Positions 45,851 through 55,088 of a DNA stretch of 64,000 bases are shown here, one piece after another (positions within the stretch are counted from its first letter, which is position 1; each line of letters starts with the position of its first letter). The notes below the pieces were generated by a model, which was given only the letters and a program-made list of their open reading frames with translations, searched no databases and was not told the origin of the DNA. The DNA comes from Thermoanaerobaculia bacterium (lineage in GTDB: Bacteria > Acidobacteriota > Thermoanaerobaculia > Gp7-AA8): positions 2,566 through 66,565 of the forward strand of contig DASVLC010000138.1 of the NCBI GenBank assembly GCA_036385045.1, written 5' to 3'. Position numbers and translations under genes: made by a program.

Positions 45851-47413
45851 GTGAGCGACCAGCGACCCGTCTTCTATTCCGAAATCGATCTGAAAGAGCG
45901 GGGGTTCGACGCAACCTCCGATCTCGCCGAGCCTGGACGATTCCCTTTCACCAGAGGCCCTCAGGCATCGATGTATCGAGGTCGCCTCTGGACCATGCGT
46001 CAGTATGCCGGCTTCTCGACAGCAGCCGAATCGAACCGCCGCTACAGGTACCTGCTCGAACGAGGGACGACCGGCCTGTCCGTCGCCTTCGACCTCCCGA
46101 CACAGATCGGGATGGATTCCGACGACGGGCGTGCCCGAGGTGAGGTCGGAAAAGTCGGTGTGGCCATTGACTCGATCGCTGACATGGAGACGCTGCTCGA
46201 CGCGATTCCGCTCGACAAGGTCTCGATTTCGATGACCATCAACGCGCCGGCCTCGATCCTCCTCTCACTTCTGCTCGTGGTGGCAGAGCGCCGCGGAACG
46301 CAATGGACGCAGCTGAGCGGAACGATTCAGAACGACATCCTGAAAGAGTACGCGGCACGAGGGACGTACATTTTTCCTCCGGCTCCGTCCCTCAGAATCG
46401 TCACCGACATCTTCGAGTTCTGCGCGGCGAACGTCCCGCGATGGAACACGATTTCCGTGTCGGGCTATCACATTCGTGAGGCAGGGGCGACTGCAATACA
46501 GGAAGTGGCGTTCACTCTCGCAAACGGCCTGCAGTACGTCACCTCGGCAGTCGAACGAGGACTCGACGTCGATACGTTTGCGCCCCGCATCTCCTTCTTC
46601 TTCAACGCCCATAACGATTTCATCGAAGAGGTGGCAAAGTTCCGTGCGGCCCGCAAGCTGTGGGCACGGCTGATGACGGAACGTTTCGCACCGAAAGACC
46701 CGCGCTCGGTTGCGCTCCGTTTTCATGCGCAGACAGCCGGCTCCACGCTCACGGCGCAGCAGCCGGAGAACAATGTCGTTCGCGTCGCATATCAGGCAAT
46801 GGCCGCGGTGCTGGGCGGCTGCCAGTCACTCCACACAAACAGCCGCGACGAGGCGATGGCGCTTCCCACTGAGGACTCGGTACGCATCGCGCTGCGCACT
46901 CAGCAGATCCTCGCCTGCGAGACGGGGATCGTTACCAACGCCGATCCACTCGCCGGCTCGTACGCGGTCGAGTCGATGACTCTCGACATCGAGCGCGAGG
47001 CACGCGAACTGATCGAGTCCATCGACAAGATGGGCGGAGCTCGCGCTGCAATCGAGGCAGGCTTCATGCAACACGAGATCGGCGATTCGGCTTACCGGGC
47101 GCAGCGCGATCTCGAGGAAAAGCGATCCATCGTGGTCGGCGTCAATGACTACATCGAGCATGAGGCAAATACACTTCCCATCATGACGATCGACGAGAAC
47201 GTGGAGAAGGAGCAGATCGAGCGTCTCCGCGCGTTCCGCGCCGGACGCGGCGACGGCTGGGAAGCCGCGCTCGCGCAACTCGACGCGGCGGCTCACTCGA
47301 ACGACAACCTCATGCCACTCATCATCGAGGCGGTCAGAAAGGACTGCACCGTCGGAGAGATCGTCAACACCCTGAGGAAGACGTTCGGCGACCACACGGA
47401 GCAGGGGTTTTAA
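45851..47413 (+). CDS. Methylmalonyl-CoA mutase family protein, catalytic (substrate-binding TIM barrel) subunit without B12-binding domain
   Basis: GTG start. [37 protein letters not shown]. 520 aa ending before any DxHxxG cobalamin domain. Confidence 0.9.
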   Translation: MSDQRPVFYSEIDLKERGFDATSDLAEPGRFPFTRGPQASMYRGRLWTMRQYAGFSTAAESNRRYRYLLERGTTGLSVAFDLPTQIGMDSDDGRARGEVGKVGVAIDSIADMETLLDAIPLDKVSISMTINAPASILLSLLLVVAERRGTQWTQLSGTIQNDILKEYAARGTYIFPPAPSLRIVTDIFEFCAANVPRWNTISVSGYHIREAGATAIQEVAFTLANGLQYVTSAVERGLDVDTFAPRISFFFNAHNDFIEEVAKFRAARKLWARLMTERFAPKDPRSVALRFHAQTAGSTLTAQQPENNVVRVAYQAMAAVLGGCQSLHTNSRDEAMALPTEDSVRIALRTQQILACETGIVTNADPLAGSYAVESMTLDIEREARELIESIDKMGGARAAIEAGFMQHEIGDSAYRAQRDLEEKRSIVVGVNDYIEHEANTLPIMTIDENVEKEQIERLRAFRAGRGDGWEAALAQLDAAAHSNDNLMPLIIEAVRKDCTVGEIVNTLRKTFGDHTEQGF

Positions 47414-47414
47414 G

Positions 47415-47798
47415 TTGCGATTCGGCCGGCAACGTCCGGGCACCGATATCGCTGCCATCTGCCTGCTCTTTGCCGGCTTCTGCGCCCTTGCGTACGCGAT
47501 CTGGATCTACCTCGACAACAAGTTCGGGATCCTGCTTCCGATCTTCTTCGTCGCGGGTCTCTGGGCCTCACTGAGAACTGAAGTCCGCCAGATCGAACTC
47601 CGCGACGAAACGATGGTGATCAGTACTTTCTTTCGCCACTACCCCATCCCTCGTGCCCATCTCACCAACGTGGTCATCACCCGCGAAGGAACAGCGATCG
47701 ACGTCCTCAACGGCCGCCGCTACAACATCAACCCTCCAGACGTCGACGCCGAGGAACTGGCGCGCGCGGTAGCTGGGTGGAGAAGAATTGAAAATTGA
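47415..47798 (+). CDS. Hypothetical membrane protein (2 TM helices plus small soluble domain)
   Basis: TTG start 1 nt after the mutase stop. Hydrophobic N-terminus IAAICLLFAGFCALAYAIWIYL / ILLPIFFVAGLWASL. The last codons (RIEN-stop) are encoded by the heptamer satellite. Confidence 0.45.
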   Translation: MRFGRQRPGTDIAAICLLFAGFCALAYAIWIYLDNKFGILLPIFFVAGLWASLRTEVRQIELRDETMVISTFFRHYPIPRAHLTNVVITREGTAIDVLNGRRYNINPPDVDAEELARAVAGWRRIEN

Positions 47799-48064
47799 AA
47801 ATTGAAAATTGAAAATGAAAAGCGGGGAACGGGGGGGGGCGGGAGAAACCGGAATTGAAAAATTGAATTGAAAATTGAAAACGGGGGACGGGAGAAACTG
47901 ACAATTGAAAATCGGGGAGTGGACGACCTAGCTCCCTTTCGCCGGGCGCTGCGCGAACGAATCAGTCGAGAACGACACGACCCGCCTCCCTGTTCTCAAT
48001 TTTTTGGTTCCAAGATTCTTCCCAGCCTTCCTGTTTTCAATTTTCAATTTTCAATTTTCAATTC
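47786..48064. repeat. AT-rich heptamer (AATTGAA) satellite in direct and inverted blocks, interspersed with G-runs
   Basis: AATTGAA x4.5 at 47786-47820. Further copies at 47853-47882 and 47903-47912. Inverted TTCAATT x4.5 at 48034-48064. G9 run at 47831-47839. 47843-47885 and 48029-48070 are ~40-nt inverted copies. Confidence 0.9.
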
Positions 48065-49164
48065 CGGTTCTTACCCCACTTCTCCATCATCTCCATAAAG
48101 TCGCCGAACAGATGGAACGAGTCATGAGGGCCGGGGGCGGCTTCCGGGTGGTACTGGACCGCGATCGCCGGTTCGCGTCGATGCCGGAAGCCCTCGAGCG
48201 TCTGATCGTTGAGATTGATGTGCGTGTACTCGACGTCGGTCTCGCTGAGTGAGTCGGGATCGACCGAGAAACCGTGATTCTGTGCGGTGATCTCGACCTT
48301 TCCGGTGCGCAGGTCCTTTACGGGATGGTTGCCTCCGCGGTGGCCGAACTTCAGCTTGTAGGTACGCCCTCCGAGGGCGAGACCGAGAAGCTGATGGCCC
48401 AGGCAAATGCCAAAGATCGGGATCTTGCCGACGAGAGCTCGGATGTTCTCCTGCGCATAGGTCACCGGCTCCGGATCCCCAGGTCCATTCGACAGGAGAA
48501 CCCCATCGTACTTGCGCGAGAGAATCTCCTCGGCGTGCGTCGTGGCTGGATAGACCGTCACCTCACAGCCCTGGCCCGCGAGTTGGCGGAGGATGTTGCG
48601 CTTGACACCGAAGTCGTAGACGGCGACACGCTTCCGCACCTCACCCATCGGCTCCTCGAATGGATACGGCCGCAGCGCGGTCACACGCTGGACGAGATCG
48701 AGGCCGCTCATCGAAGGCGACTCCCGCAGTTCCGAGACGATCGACGCTACCGGCCGCTCCATGTCGGTGGTGATCATTCCCCGCATCGCCCCCTGGGTGC
48801 GGATCTTCCGGGTGAGCGCCCGCGTATCGATCCCCGAGATCGCCGCGACACCTCGATCCCTGAAGTAGTCTCCCAGCGACATTTCCGCCAGCGCGTTCGA
48901 AGGCTCCTCCACCGCGTCCCGCACGACGAAGCCGGCAACCTGCGGCATCTCCGCCTGCTCCACCGCCGCTTCCACCCCATAGTTCCCGATGTGGGGATAG
49001 GTCATCACGACGATCTGGAACCGGTACGAAGGGTCCGTCGCAATCTCCTGATATCCGGTCAGCGAAGTGTTGAAGACCACCTCGCCAATCGTCTGAGTCG
49101 CCGCTCCGAACGACTCTCCGCGGTATTCCGTCCCATCCTCGAGAATCAACCGTGCTTGTCGCAT
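48058..49164 (-). CDS. carA: Carbamoyl-phosphate synthase small (glutaminase) subunit
   Basis: N-terminal CPSase small-chain domain GEVVFNTSLTGYQEI. GATase triad region PIFGICLGHQLL ... HGFSV; 368 aa. Confidence 0.95.
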   Translation of the reverse strand: MRQARLILEDGTEYRGESFGAATQTIGEVVFNTSLTGYQEIATDPSYRFQIVVMTYPHIGNYGVEAAVEQAEMPQVAGFVVRDAVEEPSNALAEMSLGDYFRDRGVAAISGIDTRALTRKIRTQGAMRGMITTDMERPVASIVSELRESPSMSGLDLVQRVTALRPYPFEEPMGEVRKRVAVYDFGVKRNILRQLAGQGCEVTVYPATTHAEEILSRKYDGVLLSNGPGDPEPVTYAQENIRALVGKIPIFGICLGHQLLGLALGGRTYKLKFGHRGGNHPVKDLRTGKVEITAQNHGFSVDPDSLSETDVEYTHINLNDQTLEGFRHRREPAIAVQYHPEAAPGPHDSFHLFGDFMEMMEKWGKNRN

Positions 49165-49189
49165 TGCCTAGAGTCTATCCCGTTGCCAC

Positions 49190-50413
49190 TCACTCGTACC
49201 GCAACGCCTCGATCGGATCGAGCCGGGCGGCCCTCATGCTCGGGATCACCGTGGCGAGGAAGGAGACGGTGATGGCGAATGCGGAGATGATCGCGAGGTC
49301 CTCCCATCTCGTGATGAAGGGGATCGAGGAAACGAAATAGACCTCGGCAATCTCGGGAGGGAAGGAGACGAGCTCGAATCGGGTCAGGATCCAGCAGACC
49401 AGCGTCCCGATCAGCAGACCGCTCACCGTCCCTGCAATCCCGACGATCGTCCCGTACCAGATGAACACCCTGCGGATGGTCTTCGGCTCTGCTCCCATCG
49501 AGGCGAGAATGCCGATTTCCCGCTTCTTCTCATGCACGGTCATGATCAGCGTCGAGACGATGTTGAACGTTGAGACGAAGACGATCAACCCGATGACGAT
49601 GAAGAGGACGAGCTGCTGGATCTGCAGCATCGAGAAGAGCTGCCGGTTCATCTCACGCCAGTCGCTGACGGCGAAACGGCGGTCGGTTCTCGTCTCGATC
49701 CCCTCGACTACCTTGTCGATGTCGGCTCCGGGGACCAGCTTGACTTCGACCAGATTCGCGGTCGGCCCAGTACCGAGCAGCTCCTGCGCCTCGGTGAGGT
49801 CGATGAAGAGCCATCGTGCGTCGAACTCGTAGAAGCCGGTAGAGAAGACGTTGGTCACGAGAAAGGTCGCGGATCGCGGCATGAAGCTCTCGCGGCTACC
49901 GGCCGCGACCATCACGCTGATCGCGTCTCCCGCGTTCACGCCGAGGCGCTTCGCGAGATAGCGGCCCACCGAGACACCACGCTCGCCGTCGGTCGTGGCA
50001 AAGGTGTGGTCCGGCCCGATGATGCGTCCCAGCATCGGAGTCGTCGCTCCCCGCTCGGGCTCGATCCCCTTCATCATCACTTCGGAGCCGGTCATGTTGA
50101 CCTCCGTCGTGACGACCGCGTGCTGGAACAGGACCGGTGAGGCACTCTCCACCCCCTCCGTCCCCCGTATCAGGCCAATCACCTCTTCGGGCTCCTCGAT
50201 TGCCGAGCCGAGTGAATAGACGAAAATCTCCGCGTTTCCTCCGAGCAGCTTCTGCTGGAGATCGGCCCGATATCCGGTCATCAGCGCCATCGAAATCACC
50301 AGGGCCATCACACCGATGACCAGGCCGAGGACGGAAACGAGCCCGACGGCTGACACGAGCCTGTCAGTCGGCCGGCGAAGGTAGCGCCACGCTATGTGGC
50401 GGGCGAGATTCAT
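49190..50413 (-). CDS. ABC transporter permease, LolC/LolE (FtsX) family
   Basis: MNLARHIAWRYLRR N-terminus is typical of LolCE. Periplasmic domain, then C-terminal FtsX bundle (EKKREIGILASMGA, PSMRAARLDPIEALRYE). Confidence 0.85.
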   Translation of the reverse strand: MNLARHIAWRYLRRPTDRLVSAVGLVSVLGLVIGVMALVISMALMTGYRADLQQKLLGGNAEIFVYSLGSAIEEPEEVIGLIRGTEGVESASPVLFQHAVVTTEVNMTGSEVMMKGIEPERGATTPMLGRIIGPDHTFATTDGERGVSVGRYLAKRLGVNAGDAISVMVAAGSRESFMPRSATFLVTNVFSTGFYEFDARWLFIDLTEAQELLGTGPTANLVEVKLVPGADIDKVVEGIETRTDRRFAVSDWREMNRQLFSMLQIQQLVLFIVIGLIVFVSTFNIVSTLIMTVHEKKREIGILASMGAEPKTIRRVFIWYGTIVGIAGTVSGLLIGTLVCWILTRFELVSFPPEIAEVYFVSSIPFITRWEDLAIISAFAITVSFLATVIPSMRAARLDPIEALRYE

Positions 50414-50487
50414 GACCGCTGCGGATTATAGGAGCGAGCGACCAGTTACACTGCATCCCGGCCGTTGAGAAGGCATAATTCATCGCC

Positions 50488-52788
50488 ATGCGTCGACTCC
50501 TTCTTCTCGTCCTCCTCGCCGTTCCTGCGTTCGCCCAGATCCCCTCTCCCTCGGAACATCTGAAGATGCCAATCGGCGCCGACCGCACTCTCGCCGATTA
50601 CCGTCAGATCCACGACTACTTCCGGATGCTCAGCGCAGCTTCACCGCGGGTCGAACTGTCGGTGCTCGGGAAGACGACTCTCGGCGACGAGATGATCATG
50701 GCCGTCATCTCCTCCGAGAAGAACATCAGGAATCAGGCGCGAATCAAAGAGATCGCGAGAAGGCTCGCTGATCCACGTGGACTGAGCCAAGCCGATGCGG
50801 CGAAGCTCATGAAAGAAGGACGCGCCATCGTCCTCGTCACCTGCAACATCCATTCGACCGAGATCGCATCGAGCCAGATGGCGATGGAGTGGGCGCACGC
50901 GCTGGCGACAGCCGAGGACGAAGAGACGAAGCGGCGGCTCGACAACGTCGTCCTGCTTCTCGTCCCCTCACTCAATCCCGACGGACAGACGATGGTCACC
51001 GACTACTACAGAAAGTACGTCGGCACGAAATACGAGGGCGGCCGGCTTCCCTGGCTCTATCACCACTACGTCGGCCACGACAACAACCGGGACTGGTACA
51101 TGCTGACTCAGGCGGAGACGCGGGCCATGAACCGCGCCATCTACCACGAGTGGTTCCCTCAGGTGTTCGTCGATGAACATCAGATGGGCTCCGAGGGCCC
51201 GCGGATGTTCATCCCTCCGTTTGCGGATCCGATGGATCCCGATGTCCACCCTCTGATCTGGCGCGAAGTGAACCTCATCGGAGCCAACATGGCGCTCCGT
51301 CTCGAGCAGGAGGGGAAGCAGGGTCTGATTTACGGCTACGCGTTCGACTCCTACTGGATCGGCGGCACGCGCAACACCGGCTGGTGGAAGAACATCACGG
51401 GCATGCTTCTCGAGGTCGCCTCGGCGAGGATCGCGACGCCCGTTTACATCGAGCCGAATGAACTGCGGGGAGGCTCGAAAGGTCTGATCGACTACAAGCC
51501 GACGATCAATCACCCCAACCCATGGCGGGGTGGCTGGTGGCGCCTTCGCGACATCATCGATTACGAACGCATTGCGTCGGATGCTCTGATCGAGCTCGCG
51601 GCAAACTATCGCGAGGACCTGCTGCGCAACCAGCTCACTCGCGCACGTGCAGGGCTGGCGACGGCCGCGCCGCGCGAGGCCTATCGCATTCCGCGCGACC
51701 AGCACGACTGGCCTACGGCGCAGCATCTCGCCTGGCTGATGAACGAGCACAACGTGGAGGTTCACCAGGCGGCAAATGGCGACTACTGGATCCCTCTCGC
51801 GCAGCCGTACGCCAAGTTCGTCGTCGAGATGATGGAGCCGCAACGATACCCGGAGGTCCGCGTGCAGAGCGGCAGCGAGCCGCTGAGACCCTATGACGTC
51901 TCCAGCTGGACACTCCCCCTGCAGATGGGAGTGCAGGCCGAGCGGACCACGATGCCGCAGGAGCTTCAGACGAAACGGGTGACGTCGATCGTTCCGGCGA
52001 CGAAGGAGGTCGTCGCACGCGGTGCGGCACTCCCGCGCAAGCCGCGGGTTGCGACCTACAAGCCGTGGCAGGCATCGATGGATGAGGGATGGACGCGCTG
52101 GCTGCTCGAGTCGTATGGCGTGCCGGTCCGCGGTCTCTCAGCTCAGGAGATCCAGAAGGGAGTGAGCGGCTTCGATGCCCTCATCCTCGCCGACATCGAC
52201 AAGGACATCCTCGCGACCGGGCGTCGCCGTCCTGGTGTGGGCACCATGCGTTACGCGGAAGAGATGCCGCCGGAGTACCGCGGAGGTCTGGATCGTGCGG
52301 GCGCCGACTCGATCCGTAAGTTCGTGGAAGCAGGCGGCACACTCGTCGCGTTCGGCAAGGCCTCGGAGTATGTAATCGAGGAATTCAACATCCCGGTACG
52401 CAATGCACTGGCCGGAGTGAAGGCGGAGGAGTTCAGCAGTGCAGGCTCGCTCCTTCGAATTGCGCTGCGAGACGAGCATCCGGTGACGAGGGGGATGCCG
52501 CCGTCGACGGCAGCGTTCTTCGACGCGCCGATCGCCTTCGAGACGACGGCGCCGGGTTCCGACATGCAACGCTGGGTGCTGGCGTCGTACCCGGAAGATG
52601 CCCAGGACGTGCTCCTCTCGGGCTGGATCCGCGGCCAGGAACGGCTGACACGGAAAGCTGCCGCTGTCGCGATGACCTACGGGAAGGGGAAGATCGTGCT
52701 CTTCGGCTTCCGACCCCAGCATCGGGGACAGACTCACGCGACCTTCCCGCTCGTGTTCAACTCGCTATGGTGGAGCGTGACGGAGTGA
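50488..52788 (+). CDS. M14 family zinc carboxypeptidase-like protein (secreted, large)
   Basis: Signal peptide MRRLLLLVLLAVPAFAQ. CNIHSTEIAS (HxxE Zn site), SLNPDG, HYVGHDNNRDW. Confidence 0.8.
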   Translation: MRRLLLLVLLAVPAFAQIPSPSEHLKMPIGADRTLADYRQIHDYFRMLSAASPRVELSVLGKTTLGDEMIMAVISSEKNIRNQARIKEIARRLADPRGLSQADAAKLMKEGRAIVLVTCNIHSTEIASSQMAMEWAHALATAEDEETKRRLDNVVLLLVPSLNPDGQTMVTDYYRKYVGTKYEGGRLPWLYHHYVGHDNNRDWYMLTQAETRAMNRAIYHEWFPQVFVDEHQMGSEGPRMFIPPFADPMDPDVHPLIWREVNLIGANMALRLEQEGKQGLIYGYAFDSYWIGGTRNTGWWKNITGMLLEVASARIATPVYIEPNELRGGSKGLIDYKPTINHPNPWRGGWWRLRDIIDYERIASDALIELAANYREDLLRNQLTRARAGLATAAPREAYRIPRDQHDWPTAQHLAWLMNEHNVEVHQAANGDYWIPLAQPYAKFVVEMMEPQRYPEVRVQSGSEPLRPYDVSSWTLPLQMGVQAERTTMPQELQTKRVTSIVPATKEVVARGAALPRKPRVATYKPWQASMDEGWTRWLLESYGVPVRGLSAQEIQKGVSGFDALILADIDKDILATGRRRPGVGTMRYAEEMPPEYRGGLDRAGADSIRKFVEAGGTLVAFGKASEYVIEEFNIPVRNALAGVKAEEFSSAGSLLRIALRDEHPVTRGMPPSTAAFFDAPIAFETTAPGSDMQRWVLASYPEDAQDVLLSGWIRGQERLTRKAAAVAMTYGKGKIVLFGFRPQHRGQTHATFPLVFNSLWWSVTE

Positions 52789-52839
52789 CGCATATCGGGG
52801 GGCGGACGGCAGAGGCGAACGGGTTAACATGCAGCGGCC

Positions 52840-53268
52840 ATGAAGCGGATCGCCGACCTCACGCCTTCCGATCTCGGGCAGGTGGCCGTCTGGCACTACA
52901 TCGGAGAGCACGATGACGTCGCACTGCTGCGCGCCACCGATCGCGCCGAACTGACGGGGGACGACGAAGAGGTCTTCATCGCCCGCACGCAGTTTCATCT
53001 CGCCAGCGGAGCGCAATATCTCGGCTTCTGTACCCCTGCCGACAACGCGTCGCTCGGGTCTCTTCAGCCGGTCATCGTGACCCCCGACGGACCCGTCTTC
53101 TTTCATTTCGACGAGCCACCTTCATCAGAGACTCTCGAGCGGCAGTGGAGCCGTCTCGGAGCTCCGGCCGATTCGATCTTTCCAATCCACTTTCGCTGCA
53201 CCGTTCCACTCGACGGCCATTTCGTCACTGGCACAATCGCCTCGACTGACCTGACGGGCGCGGCCTGA
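52840..53268 (+). CDS. Hypothetical protein
   Basis: 142-aa ORF with protein-like composition. No domain recognised. Confidence 0.45.
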   Translation: MKRIADLTPSDLGQVAVWHYIGEHDDVALLRATDRAELTGDDEEVFIARTQFHLASGAQYLGFCTPADNASLGSLQPVIVTPDGPVFFHFDEPPSSETLERQWSRLGAPADSIFPIHFRCTVPLDGHFVTGTIASTDLTGAA

Positions 53269-53272
53269 ACCG

Positions 53273-53977
53273 GTGGCCACCTACCGTGAAGAACTAGCGT
53301 GGATCCATCATTCAGGGTTCTCCGAGTTCTCGGAATCGGCTGCGTCCGGCATCCTCGAGCTACTCCAGAAGGCCGGGATCGCCGATGGCCTGATCGTCGA
53401 GATGGGATGTGGCAGCGGGATCCTCGCTCGCGAGCTGACGGCCGCAGGTTTCGAAGTCGCAGGCTTCGATGCATCACGCGCCATGATCGACCTGGCGCGG
53501 AGGACGGCGCCGCTTGCACGATTTCAGATCGGCGCGTTCGGTGACGTGGCGCTGCCGCGATGTCAGGGTATTACCGCCATCGGTGAGGTGCTGAACTACG
53601 GCACTCTTGATGATGTCCGGCACTTCGTCGCGGAAGCGGCACGAGCACTGTCGCCCGGTGGCCTTCTGCTCTTCGATGCTGCGGAGCCGGATGGGTACCC
53701 GCCTCACGAAGAACGGAGGCTCGGCGGCGATGATTGGTCCGTCATTGTCGAGAAGCACCGAGAAGGAAAGCGTCTCACTCGCAGAATCCGGACATTCCGC
53801 CAGAGGCGTGACGAGATCATCCGCGATGAGGAAACGCACACGCTCGAGCTTTATGATCGAGCGACCTTGCTGACGATCCTTCGCGAGGCAGGATTCCGCG
53901 TGCGAACGCGCCGCTCCTACGGCAAACGGCGCCTCCCGCGGGGGCATCAGGTGTACGTCTGCATCGGGACTGAGTGA
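53273..53977 (+). CDS. Class I SAM-dependent methyltransferase
   Basis: GTG start. Motif I VEMGCGSGILARELTAAGFEVAGFDAS. Confidence 0.8.
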   Translation: MATYREELAWIHHSGFSEFSESAASGILELLQKAGIADGLIVEMGCGSGILARELTAAGFEVAGFDASRAMIDLARRTAPLARFQIGAFGDVALPRCQGITAIGEVLNYGTLDDVRHFVAEAARALSPGGLLLFDAAEPDGYPPHEERRLGGDDWSVIVEKHREGKRLTRRIRTFRQRRDEIIRDEETHTLELYDRATLLTILREAGFRVRTRRSYGKRRLPRGHQVYVCIGTE

Positions 53978-54002
53978 CGAATTGCGCCGACGTGTCAGCG
54001 TG

Positions 54003-54080
54003 GCAGGCGAGACGCCAGGCGAGACGCCCGCGGGCGGACGAGGACGTCCGCGGTACGGCAGGCGAGGACGCCTGCACTAC
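54003..54080. repeat. Family A three-hairpin module (AGGA-loop orientation)
   Basis: GGCAGGCGAGACGCCAGGCGAGACGCCCGCGGGCGGACGAGGACGTCCGCGGTACGGCAGGCGAGGACGCCTGCACTAC. Near-exact reverse complement of 58012-58075. Confidence 0.85.
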
Positions 54081-54108
54081 GTGCAGCTATGCCGGCACAC
54101 TCAGAGAG

Positions 54109-54213
54109 CTTGTCCTGCTGAGCGTAGCGTGAGAATCTGGGTGGGCGGGCGGTGCGATGCACGTGCATGGCACCGCCCATCCGCCAGATCCCTCGCTACG
54201 CTCGGGATGACAG
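54109..54213. repeat. Family B ~105-bp palindromic element (copy 3)
   Basis: CTTGTCCTGCTGAGCGTAGCGTGAGAATCTGGGTGGGCGGGCGGTGC...GGCACCGCCCATCCGCCAGATCCCTCGCTACGCTCGGGATGACAG. Confidence 0.85.
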
Positions 54214-54286
54214 TTGTTCCCTTCTGCCGACAACGGGTGCGTGCGCTACTGCCGCTCGATTTCTGCGCCGTCGAATCGCACACGCT

Positions 54287-54331
54287 GGAAAGCTGCGGCT
54301 GCGGCCGCCGCACTCCAAAGCGCTTCGCGCG
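54287..54331. repeat. Family D single arm
   Basis: GGAAAGCTGCGGCTGCGGCCGCCGCACTCCAAAGCGCTTCGCGCGA matches the right arm at 23066-23110. Confidence 0.8.
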
Positions 54332-54392
54332 ACGTCATGGGCGCACGATCGGGGGAGTACAACCGCGCACGCCCCTTGCTGATCGGGACTCC

Positions 54393-55088
54393 ATGAATCA
54401 TCTTCAGGCCGTACTACTCGACGTCGACGGCACGCTCGTCGACTCGAATGACAAACATACCGAGTGCTGGATCGAAGCCTTCGCCCACTTTGGAAAGAAG
54501 GTCGAATGGGAAACGATCCGCGAACAGATCGGGAAGGGCGGCGATCTGCTCGTCCCCGACACGCTCAACGCACGCGAGATGCATCGGTTCGGCGAGCCGC
54601 TGAAGGAATACCGCGGCGAGCTCTGGAAGCGTCGCTTCATGAGCGATGTCAAACCCTTTCCCGGCGTCCGCGACGCGATCGAGACGCTCCGGTCGCGCGA
54701 GATCCTGGTGGCCCTCGCCTCTTCATCGAACCCCGATGAGGTCGAGTACTATGTCGATCTTCTCGGTGTCGAGAATCTCATCGGAGGCACGACATCGAAG
54801 GAGGATGCGCAGTTCTCGAAACCCTCTCCGGAAATTTTCCAGGCCGCGCTGGAGCGACTCGAAAGCGATCCCGCGCGAACACTCGTGGTTGGCGATACCC
54901 CTTACGATGTCCTCGCGGCACACCGCATCCCGGTGGCAGTCGCCGCGGTCCTCACGGGTGGATTCTCCGCCGAGTCGCTGAGGAAAGCGGAGTTCCTTTT
55001 CGAAGATCTGCGCGAAATGGTGAAGGAGCTCGAGCGCATCGATGAATACTTCAGAGAGTGGAGCGAACAAGACCGCACCGGTTCCTGA
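54393..55088 (+). CDS. HAD family hydrolase (phosphatase, subfamily IA-like)
   Basis: Start at MNHLQAVLLDVDGTLVDS (DxDxT motif). VALASSS, GDTPYDV. The ORF-track extension back to 53982 runs through repeat families A, B and D. Confidence 0.85.
   Translation: MNHLQAVLLDVDGTLVDSNDKHTECWIEAFAHFGKKVEWETIREQIGKGGDLLVPDTLNAREMHRFGEPLKEYRGELWKRRFMSDVKPFPGVRDAIETLRSREILVALASSSNPDEVEYYVDLLGVENLIGGTTSKEDAQFSKPSPEIFQAALERLESDPARTLVVGDTPYDVLAAHRIPVAVAAVLTGGFSAESLRKAEFLFEDLREMVKELERIDEYFREWSEQDRTGS

Noticed and set aside
48274-49272. 332-aa plus-strand ORF
   Set aside because: It is antisense to carA, whose identity is certain. The same reasoning applies to 5022..6104, 37698..38648, 50968..51843, 61043..62137, 3322..4200 and 34412..35266.
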